A stretch of DNA of 64,000 bases from Octopus sinensis (taxonomy: Eukaryota). The notes beneath the pieces were generated by a model, which was not told the origin of the DNA, made no database searches, and worked only from the letters and a program-made list of their open reading frames with translations. How positions within the stretch are numbered: the stretch's first letter is position 1; each line of letters starts with the position of its first letter. This document shows positions 26,118-39,810 of this stretch, one piece after another. The stretch lies in assembly GCF_006345805.1 (NCBI RefSeq), contig NC_042997.1, positions 141,174,001 to 141,238,000 of the forward strand. The letters run 5' to 3'. A program made the translations under genes and the position numbers.

Positions 26118-26346
26118 TGCTTTTATGCACCAAGAGTCTATATGAGGTCCTCTCAAGGCAAAAACGCAGTATCCGATGCTCAAAGAAAACATCTACGTTA
26201 AGATGAATTTAAAGATTGCCTTTTGATATAAATAAATATGCTTTTATGCGCCATGCGTCCATATGAGAGGTTTTCCTAAGAGAAACAACGCGTATTCAAA
26301 GCTCTATCTTTAAGTTGCATATAAAATTGCATTTTGGTATAAATAA
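26118..26346 (+). repeat. Two tandem ~115-bp units related to the right arm of the 29.2-kb palindrome
   Basis: tgcttttatgc.cca....c.atatgag(a)gg..aaa.acgc.gtat.c..tgctc..aa(g)attgc.tttg.tataaataa occurs twice. It shares tatgcaccaag..tatatgagagg..aaagatt.cctttt with 29235-29338. Confidence 0.6.
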
Positions 26347-26385
26347 TTCGTCTGACCCTAATAAATTTGTGTGCTCGTGTATGTG

Positions 26386-26450
<65 letters not shown>

Positions 26451-26735
26451 GGTTTGGAGATTATGTACAGGTATTATAATTAGAAGAAATGAGGTACAAT
26501 AAATCTAAGTATTTATTAATATGCCACATGTTTTTATAAATCATATATTAGCGCCTGCATCCACTATTCTTTTATTCTTTTATTTGTTTCAGGCATTTGG
26601 GTGCGGCCATGCTTGAGCACCACTTTTAGTCGAACAAATCAACCCCAGGACTTATTCTTTGTAAGCCAAGTTCTTATTCTATCGGTGTACATATATATAT
26701 AATATATGTAACATGTATGTTTGTATGTATACAGA

Positions 26736-26774
<39 letters not shown>

Positions 26775-28824
26775 AAAGAGCGAGTTGGTAAAAGCGCTAC
26801 ATTGGACAAATAATTGGCACAACTGCTAAAGTGGTACAGGTGCTTGATAGAACTGGTAGAGATGTGCAAGTAGTAGTTGGTATAACTGGTAGATTGGTGC
26901 AAATAACTTCTAAGCTTAAAGCAGTAGTTTAAATAGTTTATAGAATTGGTAGACTATCATAGGTACTTGATAGGTCTTTTAGATTGTTGAAATGTGCAGG
27001 TAAATGACAGAATTGGTAGAGTGGTAAATGTAGACGTCAGAATTGGTAGAATGGTGGATAAAAAGGATAAAAAAACCATTTCTATAATCACCATCTTTCT
27101 AGATGAAGTATTTATATACTGAGTCTGGTCTTATGTCTGAGCTAGTAATCATTATTAAATTCATTAAACTGTCACGCATATAAACAGGTTCACACAACAA
27201 CACACATGCACGTACATACACGTACACATACCGCTCAACATTTAAGCACAAATTTACACACCACACACATACACACACACACACGAATGGGCATAATTAC
27301 CTATCTTAGTTAAACATTCACAGAGACAATTGATGCATTCCGTCTTCATGTCTTAATGTTGAGAAGCATACGATAGCCACAACCATCTTCGCGCTTGATC
27401 CTACCCCAAGGACAATAAATCTTTTCACATTAAGTGGTCCTACCATGACTATAAAAAAAATGAGCTTGGAAAGAGATTAACACAACGCATGTCATTGCGA
27501 AAAACGAAGTACTTGAGATTAAAAAGATATAAACTTTGATAAGACCACAGTCCTAAAAAAGAAAAAAATCAACCGTTGTGCACGCATCCTGTACTGTCAA
27601 TCATTTCATGAGTACTAGAACTTCCATATATTATGGATAGTTTAACAGAAAAGATTTTCATTTCTGCTAAAACACAACCTTTTAGCGTCAGGGCTGCAGT
27701 TTCGGTAAACGCAATCGATAGTCAATATACTTTGAATAAAGCGCCAAACACGCAACTACGGTGACCTCGATGTAACCACCTATCCTGGGATGAATTGTCA
27801 CCAAATTTTCTTTAATTTGTGCCCCACCGTTTTTAGAGATATAAAACTATACAGGATAAATCAATACGGAATAGAATTTGACATAAAGGCAGTGAAGTTG
27901 GTCATAGGTAGACAGCCGTTAGCATGACTGTCATTTGGAAATAGTTTTTATTTGCAGGAGTCGTCAGACCAGGACAAACCGACGATAGTTCTGAGATTTA
28001 AAACGGGCTTTAAAACTTTTATAAACGTTTTGAAATATTCTCAAAAGTTTCGAAGTATTCTCAAAAGTTTTGAAATATTTAAACAAACACCACTAAAAGA
28101 AACATTTATAAATATGAAAAATATACAACTTTAGAGAAACGTAAAACTCAGTGAAAAACAAGTAAAAAACAGGAAGTATCAATATTTGCTCCTGTCGTAG
28201 TGACATTAGCCTACACCAAATACACATAAAGTTAAATGTTCCACAACTTTAAAGATTGTTCATATAACGCAAAATACGTAAATATTTTGCAATATACTGC
28301 TGATGACATTAAAATAGCTTTATGGAACTAAATGATTTTGTAATTCAGTAACTCACTATAGCCATGCCGTAATAACTTTAGAAAATATACCTACTATCAG
28401 AACACAGAACTCCCTGAATTCCAAATTGCACTCAGACAAGATGAAATGGACCCCATCGCCACGTTGGTGGTCTTATAACGTGCATATAAACCTTACATTC
28501 AGCATATAGATATCGGAACTTGCATTTGAACTGTAATTGCTACGATTGATATACATGCTAACAATACTAAGCACAATAATATAAGCGCATCAAATCAAAT
28601 ATATATACATACATATACACGTGCATACATAGATTTCGAGCTCTGTTATTCTGACGAACCTACGAAATTTTAATTTGCATGGGGGCAAATTCAAACTGTT
28701 ATTAAAACAGTAACTCCTATTAAATATGTTGAATGCCTCTTTTGTTCGTTTGTCTACTTAATCGGGTGTGGGTATGTATGTATGTATGTATGTATGCATA
28801 TATGTATGTATATATATATATTAT

Positions 28825-29038
28825 CATTCTTCTTCTTCTTCTTCTTCTTCTTCTTCTTCTTCTTCTTTTTCTTCTTCTTCTTCTTCTTCTTCTTCTTCTT
28901 CTTCTTCTTCTCTTCTTCTTCTTCTTCTTCTTTTTCCTCTCTTTTCTCTTTTCTTCTTCTCTTCTTCTTCTTCTCATCTTCTTCTTCTTCTCTTCTTCTT
29001 CTTCTCTCCTCTTCTCTTCTTTTCTTATTCTTCTTCGA

Positions 29039-29100
<62 letters not shown>

Positions 29101-29125
29101 CGTTATTATTTTTATTATTATTATT
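28825..29125. repeat. Compound (TTC)n/(TTA)n microsatellite
   Basis: Seen directly. It explains the poly-L/S/F/Y/I ORFs in the track. Confidence 0.98.
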
Positions 29126-29149
29126 AGCAACAAAATCAATATTAGTACC

Positions 29150-29338
29150 AAAAGATAAACTTTATATCCAACTAAAGATGGATGCCTTGTTAGAACACTG
29201 AATTCTGCGTTATTAAACTTGAAGGACCGTCTCATATGCACCAAGTGCCTATATGAGAGGTTCTCTGAAGGCTAATAACGCCATATTCGGTGTTCTGATA
29301 AGGCATCCATCTTTAGTTGGACATAAAGATTACCTTTT
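29150..29338. repeat. ~190-bp MITE-like palindrome
   Basis: ctttatatccaactaaagatggatgccttgttagaacactgaat pairs with attcggtgttctgataaggcatccatctttagttggacataaag. The centre is tctcatat-gcac-caa-gtgc-ct-atatgaga. Confidence 0.85.
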
Positions 29339-29829
29339 AACATGTATGTGTGTGTGAGTGTGTGTGTATGCATGCATGTATATATGTATTCACGACAATT
29401 GATTTCACCAACCGTTGCCCCAGGTTACAACCCTCATCTACAAACTTTTAAAACTTTCACAAACATCATCTTTGTGGCAGATTTCAATACCATTCTAATT
29501 TCCTAGTTGCAAAACTTACAGAGACACAAGAAGTAACGTAATAACGCCCATACTTAACTTCATTTACAGCCAAAATAATCCACACCAGGTCACACTCATA
29601 TCAGGAAGACAGCTGTAAATGTCTTGCACAGGTAGCATCTTCTAACTCCAAACCCGAGCAATCTCACCACATGGCAAACAAAACCTCCAACGTTCTTTGG
29701 ACCAGTTGCCAATTATCATAACCAAACAACCATGATGAAAAATAATACTTTTTTACTGGATTTAGTCACTGGATCATGTTCCTGGCTATGCTGGAGCACA
29801 GCCTTGAAAGCCTTAGTCACTCAAAGTAA

Positions 29830-29932
29830 ATAGCTTGCTTACCAACCACATGGTTCCCGGTTCGGTCCCACAAAGCCTTGTGAGTAAATTTGGCAGACGG
29901 AAACTGAAAGAAGCCCGTCGTGTATATATATA

Positions 29933-29974
<42 letters not shown>

Positions 29975-30790
29975 AGTGTTTCTTCTACACTGACCTAAAT
30001 CTTCTGTCACCACATAAATAGATTGACCCTTTGTTCTAGTGACAATCTGTTCGTCTTTTACATCTCCTGAAAATTTCCCCTTCTTTTCTTCAACTAACTT
30101 GATTTCTTAACCTGCCCTTACCCCCATTCTTATAACTAAGGAAATTTTTTTACAACAGTTAGTTGTGAACTTAGTTTTGGTCTGGTTGGCATCCTAACTA
30201 CACTACCTCATGTTCCTGAGATTCTTATCTACATCTTTATCTGTATATTTACCTTCCCTAAGATGTTACTAATTGATCTGAGAACTTTATATTATTGGAA
30301 AACCTATATAAAATTAGCTGAAGATTACTCGACATATTAAATCTGCTGTAATATTTACAGCTTTTAAAAAAAATGTTGTAGTATGAAACAATTGTACTAA
30401 ATTACCGGATTCATTCTTGTTGCTCATTTTTGATTATAATCACCCCGCATATTTTTATGGGTAATACCATAAAAAATTCTGGTGCATCTAAATTAAGTAC
30501 CATATTCATTTGAATCTAAATTGTTTGCTGAACTTATATATAGTACTATATATTTATATATATATAGTCGTATATATGTCGTGTTTGTACCCCCCCACCA
30601 TCACTTGACAACCGATGTTGGTGTGTCTACATCCCCGTAACTTAGCAGTTCGGTAAAAGAGACCGATAGAATAAGTACTAGGCTTTCAAAGAATAAGACC
30701 TGGGGTGGATTTGTTCGACTAAAAGCGGTGCTCCAGCATGGCCGCAGTCAAATGACTGAAAGAAAGAAAAGAATAAAACAATAAAAGAAT
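29830..30790 (+). mobile_element. SINE family A split by ~600 bp lodged in its internal (TA)n
   Basis: Head module ..agcttgcttaccaaccacatggttcccggttc..gaaactgaaagaagcccgtcg at 29830-29920. Tail module ..cttgacaaccgatgttggtgtg..atggccgcagtcaaatgactgaaag at 30570-30790. Confidence 0.65.
30405..30535 (+). repeat. Unclassified ~130-bp (TA)n-tailed repeat, copy 2
   Basis: Homologous to 8020-8152. Confidence 0.85.
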
Positions 30791-30809
30791 ATATATATAT
30801 GTATATATT

Positions 30810-30984
30810 TAAGTCTGCTACTTATTCTATTTTTTTGCCTCTTTCGTCGAACTGCTAAGCTGGAGGACGTAAAACAGAAGTCAACTCCTATTGTAAAATG
30901 ATGCGAGTACAAACACAGACACAAGGCCCACACACACACACATACACACACGCTCGTGCACATACACGTACTTGCATATGTGTA

Positions 30985-31025
<41 letters not shown>

Positions 31026-31260
31026 TAATATATAATATATTTGAAATATAGATATATATGTGTGTATAAATGTATATATATACACATATATATATATATA
31101 CATACATACATACATAATGCATACATACATATATATACATATATATATGTATAGAACGGGCTTCTGCACAGTTTCCGTCGAGCAAATTCACTCGCAAGGC
31201 ATTGGCCAGTCCGGTTGTATGCCAGAAGACACTTGTCCAATATGCCATACACCGCCAAGA
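30810..31260 (-). mobile_element. SINE family A (degenerate, microsatellite-expanded)
   Basis: Body module at 30810-30900 and head-proximal module gggcttctgcacagtttccgtc..gaagacacttgtccaa at 31155-31260. Confidence 0.7.
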
Positions 31261-31499
31261 AGTTTAGAAAAACATGGCAACGTAAAAAAAAAGGAGATGG
31301 CACCCAAAATAGCCAAATTTATAAAAGCCCGAAACTGCTTCAAACGTCAGAACCAAACATAACTGAAATGAAACTCAACATCAGTCAACTAAACAAGAAA
31401 ATAACAATAAATAAATAATAAACAACAACCTATACCTATACAGAAAACTGACAAACATTTGTATTCACCACAAATCTCAAAACTATCAGTAAAACACTA

Positions 31500-31745
31500 G
31501 TTATTCTCTTTTATTTTTTACTTGTTAGAGTCATGGGACAGCAACCAGCTGGGGCACTGCTTTAAAAGGCTTTTAGTCGAACAGATTGTATCCACTGTGT
31601 TTATTTTAAGTTTTGTATTTATTGATTCGTTCTATTATGCCGAACCACTAAGTTACAGGAGCATAAACAAAACAATGTCGAGTAGTGGGACGGATATAAA
31701 CAGACACAAAAATACACACTTATACGATGGGCTTCCACACATACA
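31500..31745 (-). mobile_element. SINE family A, 3' portion
   Basis: ttttagtcgaacagattg..gccgaaccactaagttacagg..tacgatgggcttcc modules. Confidence 0.7.
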
Positions 31746-31891
31746 CATATATACATATCCATCCGTTCACACAAACACACATACACACATACACATATAT
31801 ATATACATACATACACACACACATACATACATGCATACATACATACATACATACATACATACATACACATACATACATACATACATACATA

Positions 31892-32115
31892 CGGTGAGCT
31901 GGCAGAAACGTTAGCACGCCGGACGAAATGCGTAGCCTTATTTCGTCTGCCGTTACGTTCTGAGTTCAAATTCCGCCGAGGGCGACTTTGCCTTTCATCA
32001 TTTTGGGGTCGATAAATAAAGTACCAGTTACGCACTGGGGTCGATGTAATCGACTTAATCCCTTTGTCTGTCCTTGTTTGTCCCCTCTATGTTTAGCCCC
32101 TTGTGGGCAGTAAAG

Positions 32116-32120
<5 letters not shown>
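31892..32120 (+). mobile_element. SINE family B with the alternative tail ..ttagccccttgtgggcagtaaagaaata
   Basis: Full head with A/B boxes, body, and a tail distinct from the ..ccttgtgcctatagtagaaagg tail of the 62736 copy. Confidence 0.9.
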
Positions 32121-32156
<36 letters not shown>

Positions 32157-34088
32157 CACGACAGATTTCCATGCAATATCTGTCTACCAAATTCGTTTAC
32201 AAAACAATAGTCGCCGTGGGGTGGTGCTATCGTAGAACACACTTGCCCAAGGTGCTGCGCGATGAGACAGAACCTGAAACCACATGGTTGCAAAGCGAGC
32301 TTCTTAACCGTACAATCACCCTTGCACCTCTATATAGAGGTTAAGGATAAAAAGTAACAAAAACAAGTACAACGTTTATACCATAGCACATGTCACAATA
32401 ACAACATGTAACACTATACCCACACAGCTACAGCAAATAAACAAACGCTAAAATCAAGAGTTTTCCGAAATCAGCCACCAAAATCCACACCGAATACAAA
32501 TCGTAAAATGCATATCTTCCCGTAGAGTATGATTTCGAACCCTCCTTTCGATTAAGTAGAAAAAAAAACGAAAACAATACGGACATCTAAAAATTCAAAA
32601 GTTATATGAGCAGGTAGATATCACAAACTTACGTCCCAGAACTGGCTCTCACAATGTTTAAAATAGCACCCACAAAATTCCCAGTCGCCTTTCTTACCAG
32701 TTACATAAGAGGACGTGAAATACGACCAACTTTCACACTCCAAAACATAAACATACCACAACGCTTACCCACACACACACATACACATACACAAACACGT
32801 ACACACAAAAGGTAAAACTTCTAGTAATTGCAGCATTTACCACATAAATAGATGCAGTAATGAAAACAAAACGACGCACAAACACAATTAAAGCAATCGG
32901 AGCTATAATATTTGGTCAACAGAAACGAACTACAACAATGTTACAACACATGAGTTCTATCATGGATTATGTCAGCGCTATCTAGGCTCCAATCCTCCCA
33001 CAATAAAACGACAAAGCACAGAAAATTGAGCACTGCTCATTATAGCAAGCTGCACAGTGATAAAAAATACAGGATAAAAAATACTAGAAATTAATGAGCA
33101 TCTGGATATATACATGGGCTCATTTTGTTACTGAGGGAAACTTCAGACCTTAGAGGTCCTATTAGGATAGGTCGTGAAAATCACTTCCATACACACAGAG
33201 CACTACAATTATTAAAACATTCTAAAAACAATAGCTCTTCCGGACAAACATGAGGAACACATGCGTACATAAATAACCGTAACATTAATAACTTCAGTGA
33301 TTCTATACACTTTACTGGGATGCACACCATTGACAATATGCTCAAAGAGCAGCAACAGTCCTACTCTTAACTCGTCCCATTTGACCACGTCCGCTGTGGT
33401 CACCACAAGAATCTTACGGCCGGACAGAAATAGAGCGGACAGAGTGCAACCTCGTCCTGCACCCATACTATACATCAGTGCATGTTGCAGTGTGCAGATT
33501 GGTCCTCAACGAAGCAGAGGAGTTAAACATGGTTTAATATGGTTTAACATGGAAGATGGATCTGAAAGTCACACCTCATTGTTCGGTCGAAATACCTGTC
33601 TCTATGAGAGAATCGATCGATCGAGGCTGACCTGGGGCTAAACAACATTTACAGCAATAACAACAACATACAGACTTTTCAGTGAACGAAACGTGATTAT
33701 CATTTTGTAAAAGCCATTGTGTGTTATTTTTTCATTAATAAAGTAAAATAATTATATTTTCATCGAAGCAACTAGATAATCAGTCACATAGACCTAAGGT
33801 ATACAAAAACAATATACACATACACACCTACACATACACACATTCATACACACACACACACACACACACAACACACACATAAACAGAAACAAACAAACAA
33901 ACACACAAACACTTGTGCTAGCACCCAATGCATAGGTACGGGTACACAGCAATTGAAATAAAATACAGGATCCTATGAACGCATGAGATTTGTTTATGTT
34001 TGCAATAATGACACAATTAAAAACAATGCAGTCACACAAACATAGAGACATCCTCCCATACAAATATTCATGTCAATGCTTATATATA

Positions 34089-34128
<40 letters not shown>

Positions 34129-34313
34129 TACATACATATATATGCATACATACATACATATATATGTATACATATACATATATTTATATATATATACATA
34201 AATGCACGTATGTATATGTGGTAATATAAAGTACTATGTATGCGTATATAGACAGACAGACAGACAGATTGATAGATAGTTAGACATATAGATAGATAGA
34301 TAGATATATAGAT

Positions 34314-34361
<48 letters not shown>

Positions 34362-34467
34362 ATAGATGTGTTCGTATCAATGCGCGAGGGCATGTATGTA
34401 TATATCACAAGTGCGTAGACATATGGACTGTATACATGCATCAACACAAACAGATGCATATATATAC

Positions 34468-34515
<48 letters not shown>

Positions 34516-35499
34516 ATATATATATATATATATGTATGATATTATATATAAAACAATTATAAAATTTACTACCACAAGTATATAAAAAGTTACAAGAAAT
34601 ACTTCTACTTCTCTCTCTCTCTCTCTCTTTCTCTCTTTAATTGTCATTTTCTCTCCGTTTTTGATTCTTACTCTATTCGTTAATTCATCCATCCATCTGT
34701 CCTTCTACCCATCCAATCCGTTCGTCCTTCCATCCATCCATTCATTTATTCATTCATTCATTCATTCCATCCTTTTTTCTTTTTTTTTTCATCTCTCGCA
34801 TTCTCTAATTCTCTTCCATTTATTAAAACTCTTTTGTTTTTGGTCCATAATTAATGAAAGTACCTACCCGCATAGTACTGGCACTGAAGAATAGAGCAGC
34901 TCCAATTAGGATGAATAACGTCAATTTACTTGTAGTCCACATGTCCGAATTACCACATTCAGTAGATTCTCTCTTTCCGTCTCTCTCTCTCTCTCTCTCC
35001 CTCTCTCCCTCTTTCTCACTCTTTCACTAACGAGGATAAAACATCTGGGAGATCTTGTATATATATTTACATTTATATATATATATATATATATCTGTGA
35101 AGTTGCTATATATATTGATAGTCAGCCGTCTTAACTCTCGGCTTTCTTTCTCTTTCTGCTTAATACAAGAAACAAATCAACCGCTTTTCCCTGTTTGCCG
35201 GAAACTTCTAGTGTAATACGCATTCTTTTGTAATTGGATTAAGTTAACTTCAACCAAACTAAACGTATTAGAAAAATATACTCCTCCTTCTACTCATTCT
35301 TTCGCGCTGTACATATTTGTGTGTGTCTCGCCCTCTCTTTCTCTTTCTCTTTCTCTATATCTCTGTTGTGTCTGTTTCTCTTCCCATCTCTCATTATTTC
35401 GCTGCTCACACATTCTCTCTCTCTCTCTTTCACACACACGTTCTTTCCTGTTATCATTTTTACTATCGCCCTGTCTCTTACTCACATGTGCATCTAAAC

Positions 35500-35520
35500 A
35501 GCTGTGCATGCTCACATATG

Positions 35521-35616
<96 letters not shown>

Positions 35617-35635
35617 CTACAATATATATAATATG

Positions 35636-35679
<44 letters not shown>

Positions 35680-36140
35680 CATACATATATATATATATAT
35701 ACATACATATATATGTATATATACATACATACATATATATGTATATACATACATATATATGTATATATACATACATATATATATATACCATACATATATA
35801 TGTATATATACATACATACATATATATGTATATACATACGTATATATATATATATATATACATGATATATAAAGTATATATATATATATAATATATATGT
35901 ATATAATATATATATATATATATGTTTGTGTGAGCGTGTTTTTATATGTGTGTATGTGGGTGTGTATACACACACAGGCGCACACATATATATATATATA
36001 CTTATATGAATGTATATGTGCAGGTGTATATACATATGAGTGAGTGTATGAGCATGTGCATGTATGTATGTATATGTGTGTATATGTGTGTATACGTGTG
36101 TGTGTGTATGTGTGTGTGTGCGTGTGTGCATGTGTGTGTG
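35500..36140. repeat. Long compound (TA)n/(TACA)n/(TG)n microsatellite
   Basis: Seen directly. Representative of dozens of such tracts in the window. Confidence 0.98.
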
Positions 36141-36339
36141 CATAATTGTGCTTCTTTCGCACTTTATGTTTTTATTTTCCCCTGATTGCTCCGGTGAACT
36201 CCACCCCTTATCATTTTATGATTCAAATCCGATTTCTCTCCCATTTCCTCTTTCTATCGGTTTCGCTTCCATAGCTCCTTTTATCGCAGCCTTCTTCACA
36301 TTCTTCTATATTTTCACTCTCAGTTCCTTTTCCGTTGTT

Positions 36340-36341
36340 TT

Positions 36342-36388
<47 letters not shown>

Positions 36389-36735
36389 AGTAGTAGTAGT
36401 GGCGTTTGCTGTGATTGTTACAGTTGTTGTCGATGTCCCTCCTTCTTTCGTCAGCTTTCCCTTTCAAATCTGCTCCCACTCCTTCTTCTTCTTCTTCTTC
36501 TTCTTCTTCTTCTTCTTCTTCTTCTTCTTCTACTTCTTCTCTTCATTTTCTTCTTCTTCTTCTTCTTCTTCTTCTTCTTCTTCTTCTTCTTCTTCTTCTT
36601 CTTCTTCTTCTTCTTCTTTATTCCTTTTCTCTTCCCCATCATCTTCCTCGCCCTCTTCCTCTTCTAGCTTCAGGTTCAGCAAGCCCTTTCTCTGCCCCCC
36701 ACCACCACCACTACCACCACTACCACCACCACCAC
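36340..36735. repeat. Compound (TAG)n/(TTC)n/(CCA)n microsatellite
   Basis: Seen directly. Confidence 0.98.
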
Positions 36736-37734
36736 TCCTTTTAAACTAGCTTTCGTCTCTTTAGTTGCTTCCATTTCGTTCGTTCGATTTCATATGCATC
36801 AACCAATCCAGCGGTGCGCGAACGAATGAGCGAACAAGTGAACAGGCGAACAAGCGAACAAGCGAACAAGCGAACTGCTCCTACATATTAAAAGCTGAAA
36901 AGCGACACATGCAGTCATGCAGTCAGGCAGGCAGGCAGGCAGGCGGGTAGGCGGACAGGCAGGTTTGTGAATTATACGGTTCGCATGCAGGATAAAGAAC
37001 GGTTCTCCGTCCAGCCCCGTTCAAACAGTGTTTAACTTTGAACATGCTGAATCAGCTGCAGATGTAGAAGGAGATAATCATGTTTAATCGGCTTACAGAA
37101 ACCTTACCGAATTTACAAACCAACATCGGTTACAGTTTATAAATAAGGTCCGAAACAATGCAAAACAGACGCGCGCGCGTTCTCAGTCATATGCATACAT
37201 AAACATATATACATATATCAGACAGACACACGCACATACACATACATACATACATACATACATACATACATACATACATACATACATACATACGTACATA
37301 CATACATACATACATACATACATACATACATACATACATACATAATATACATCATACATACGTACATACATATATACATACATACGTACATACATACATA
37401 CATACATACATACATACGTACATACATACATACAAACATACATACATACATTTCTTTTTTTATTCTTTTACTTGTTTCATTCGCGGACATATTGCCATGC
37501 TCGAACCAATCGACCCAGTTACTTAATTTACTTATTCAATCGATCGGTTATTTTCGAAATTCTTGATTAGGGACGTAAACAAACTTGCAGCGGTGAGGAA
37601 ATAAGCACAAAGACGTGCACATGTAAAGACACAAACACACACATATACATACATATATAAATACATACATACATGCATTCATACGTAGGTACGTACATAA
37701 ACACACACACACTCACTCACACATACACATATAG

Positions 37735-37910
37735 TTTACAGAAAACAAGACGAAGACAGGTGAAAGAACAACAAGCAGGTGTATTAGTTTGACGCTCAGG
37801 AAGAATGGAAAAGTTTTTGACGTTTCGAACCTAAGCTCTTCAACAGAAGGTATTAAGAGGGGGAAAAACGGAGGAAGAAAAATATGTGTCGGGAATAACG
37901 GTTTAAGATG
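37735..37910 (-). mobile_element. Family A hammerhead repeat (degenerate)
   Basis: Minus ctgttga agagc ttag gttc gaaac gtc aaaa at ~37811-37850, with the same flanks as 12650-12835. Confidence 0.7.
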
Positions 37911-38021
37911 GTATGTATGTATGTATGTATGTATGTATGTATGTATGTATGTGTGTGTGTGTGTGTATGTATGTGTGTGTATGTATGTATGTATGTATGT
38001 ATGTATGTATGTATATATGTA

Positions 38022-38054
<33 letters not shown>

Positions 38055-38599
38055 ATAAGCTAAGGGACAATGGTGCTGCATTGTGGGACTGAACCTGAAG
38101 CCACATAGTTGCGAAGCGAGACTCTTTTTTACACAACAGCGTCAGCGCCTAATTTTTGGATTGAAAACTATGCCACCACCGAACTGTATGCCAAAGGCTC
38201 GCAGTTTTTCACTACTTTGAAGTCTGCAAGGTGTATATGTTGGTGCATTAAAAGTACAAATAATGTTTTTCCTGCGATACCCAGTGACTCCACGTCACAC
38301 AAAAATTGCTACAAAAGGTGGAGTTGCCCAAACTCTCATTCACCAAAGCCAAAAACGAAGAGAGCGATCTTCAAATACAATGAAATAAACTATCGCCAAT
38401 TGTGGTACTGCAACATAGCCTCAGCCTCTGACTGAAACAAGTAAAACTGGTGTTTACCGGACCTTTAAGTCTCGCCTGATGACTTTTTCAGCCATTCTCG
38501 CTCAAAGTCAGACAGTTGTGCGAAACTTTAAATACCCCGTACTGAGTTGTCCAATAAATAAACTTTCTGTTGTTGTCATTAAACCTTTTTTTTTAAAAA

Positions 38600-39286
38600 A
38601 GTAACAGCTTCTGATAGAGGCACAAGACCTAACTCTTTGGGGAGTAATCGATAACATCGACCCCAGTACTCGACTGGTACTTTATTTTATTGACTTTGCT
38701 GGGATGAAAGGCAAAGTTATCCTCGGTTGTATTTGGACTCAAAATCGAAAGATTTGGTATAAATAGCGCAAACAATTTTTTATCTGACGCTCTATTAATT
38801 CTGCCATTTCACAGCACCAACCTGCTTTAAAATAATCCTTTCTACTATAGGTACAAAGCCTGAAATTTGCAAGGAAGAGATTAGTCGATTACATCAACTC
38901 CATTACTTGACTGGTACTTATTTATCGATCCCGAAAGGATAAAAGACAAAGTCGGTCTCTGCAGAATTTGAACTCAGAAAGTAAAGGAGAACAAAATGCC
39001 GTTAAGCATTTTGTCTGGCGTTCTAAAGTCTTTGCCAGCTTGCCTTAACCTGCTTTAAAATATGGATTTCAAATTTTGAGCACAAAGCCAGCAATTTAAG
39101 GGGTCGGATAATTCGATTACATCGAACCCAGTGTTCAACTGGTACTTACTTTATCGATCTCAAATAGACGAAAAGCAAGGTCGACCTCGGTAGAATTTGA
39201 ACTCAGAACGGATGAAGTGCTGCTATACAATTTGCCCGACGTTCTAACGATTCTGCCAGTTCGCCGCCTTAATCTGCTTTAAAATA
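38600..39286 (-). mobile_element. Three adjacent family B SINEs; the last two are bracketed by a triplicated 16-bp motif
   Basis: aacctgctttaaaata at 38819-38834 and 39047-39062, and with one mismatch at 39271-39286. The two intervening SINEs carry different tails. Confidence 0.85.
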
Positions 39287-39810
39287 GCATCAATTTAATA
39301 ATGACTAAGGTCATGGTGGGACGCCGCCTTGAGGACTTTTAGCTGAACGAATCGGCTCCAGTACTTATTTTAAGTCTGGTACTTATATTTGTACATATAT
39401 TACACACACACACACACACGGTTCCCGTCTACAAAATCCACTCACAAGACCAGACACTTGCCCAAGATATCTGGGAGCGGTGTAACTGAACCTAGAACTG
39501 TGATTGAGACATAAACTTCTTATCACAAAGCCACGCCTTTATACATACATACAGACATGTATGTATGTATGTATGTACGTATGTATGTACAGATGTATAT
39601 ATTCCCATCATTGTAATCTCTAAGTTCAAACCATGTGATTGGGAAAAAAGCTTCTTATCAGACGGCCCACCTTTATAAATTGTTATTAAGAGTCATATCT
39701 TTAAGTATTTCATCTTTCTGTTAATTCAGAATCAACGATGGTCTTTTGGCAGATTTGAATGATTAAGAATTAACAACGTCCGCTGGACTCTATGGATATA
39801 TTATTACTTC

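Noticed and set aside
27957-28001. Possible terminal exon GVVRPGQTDDSSEI* after a strong acceptor
   Set aside because: Too short, and no upstream exon chain.
29430-29740. FVADFN and THISGRQL-like words suggesting a LINE AP-endonuclease relic
   Set aside because: Motifs lie in different frames amid many stops; too decayed to support.
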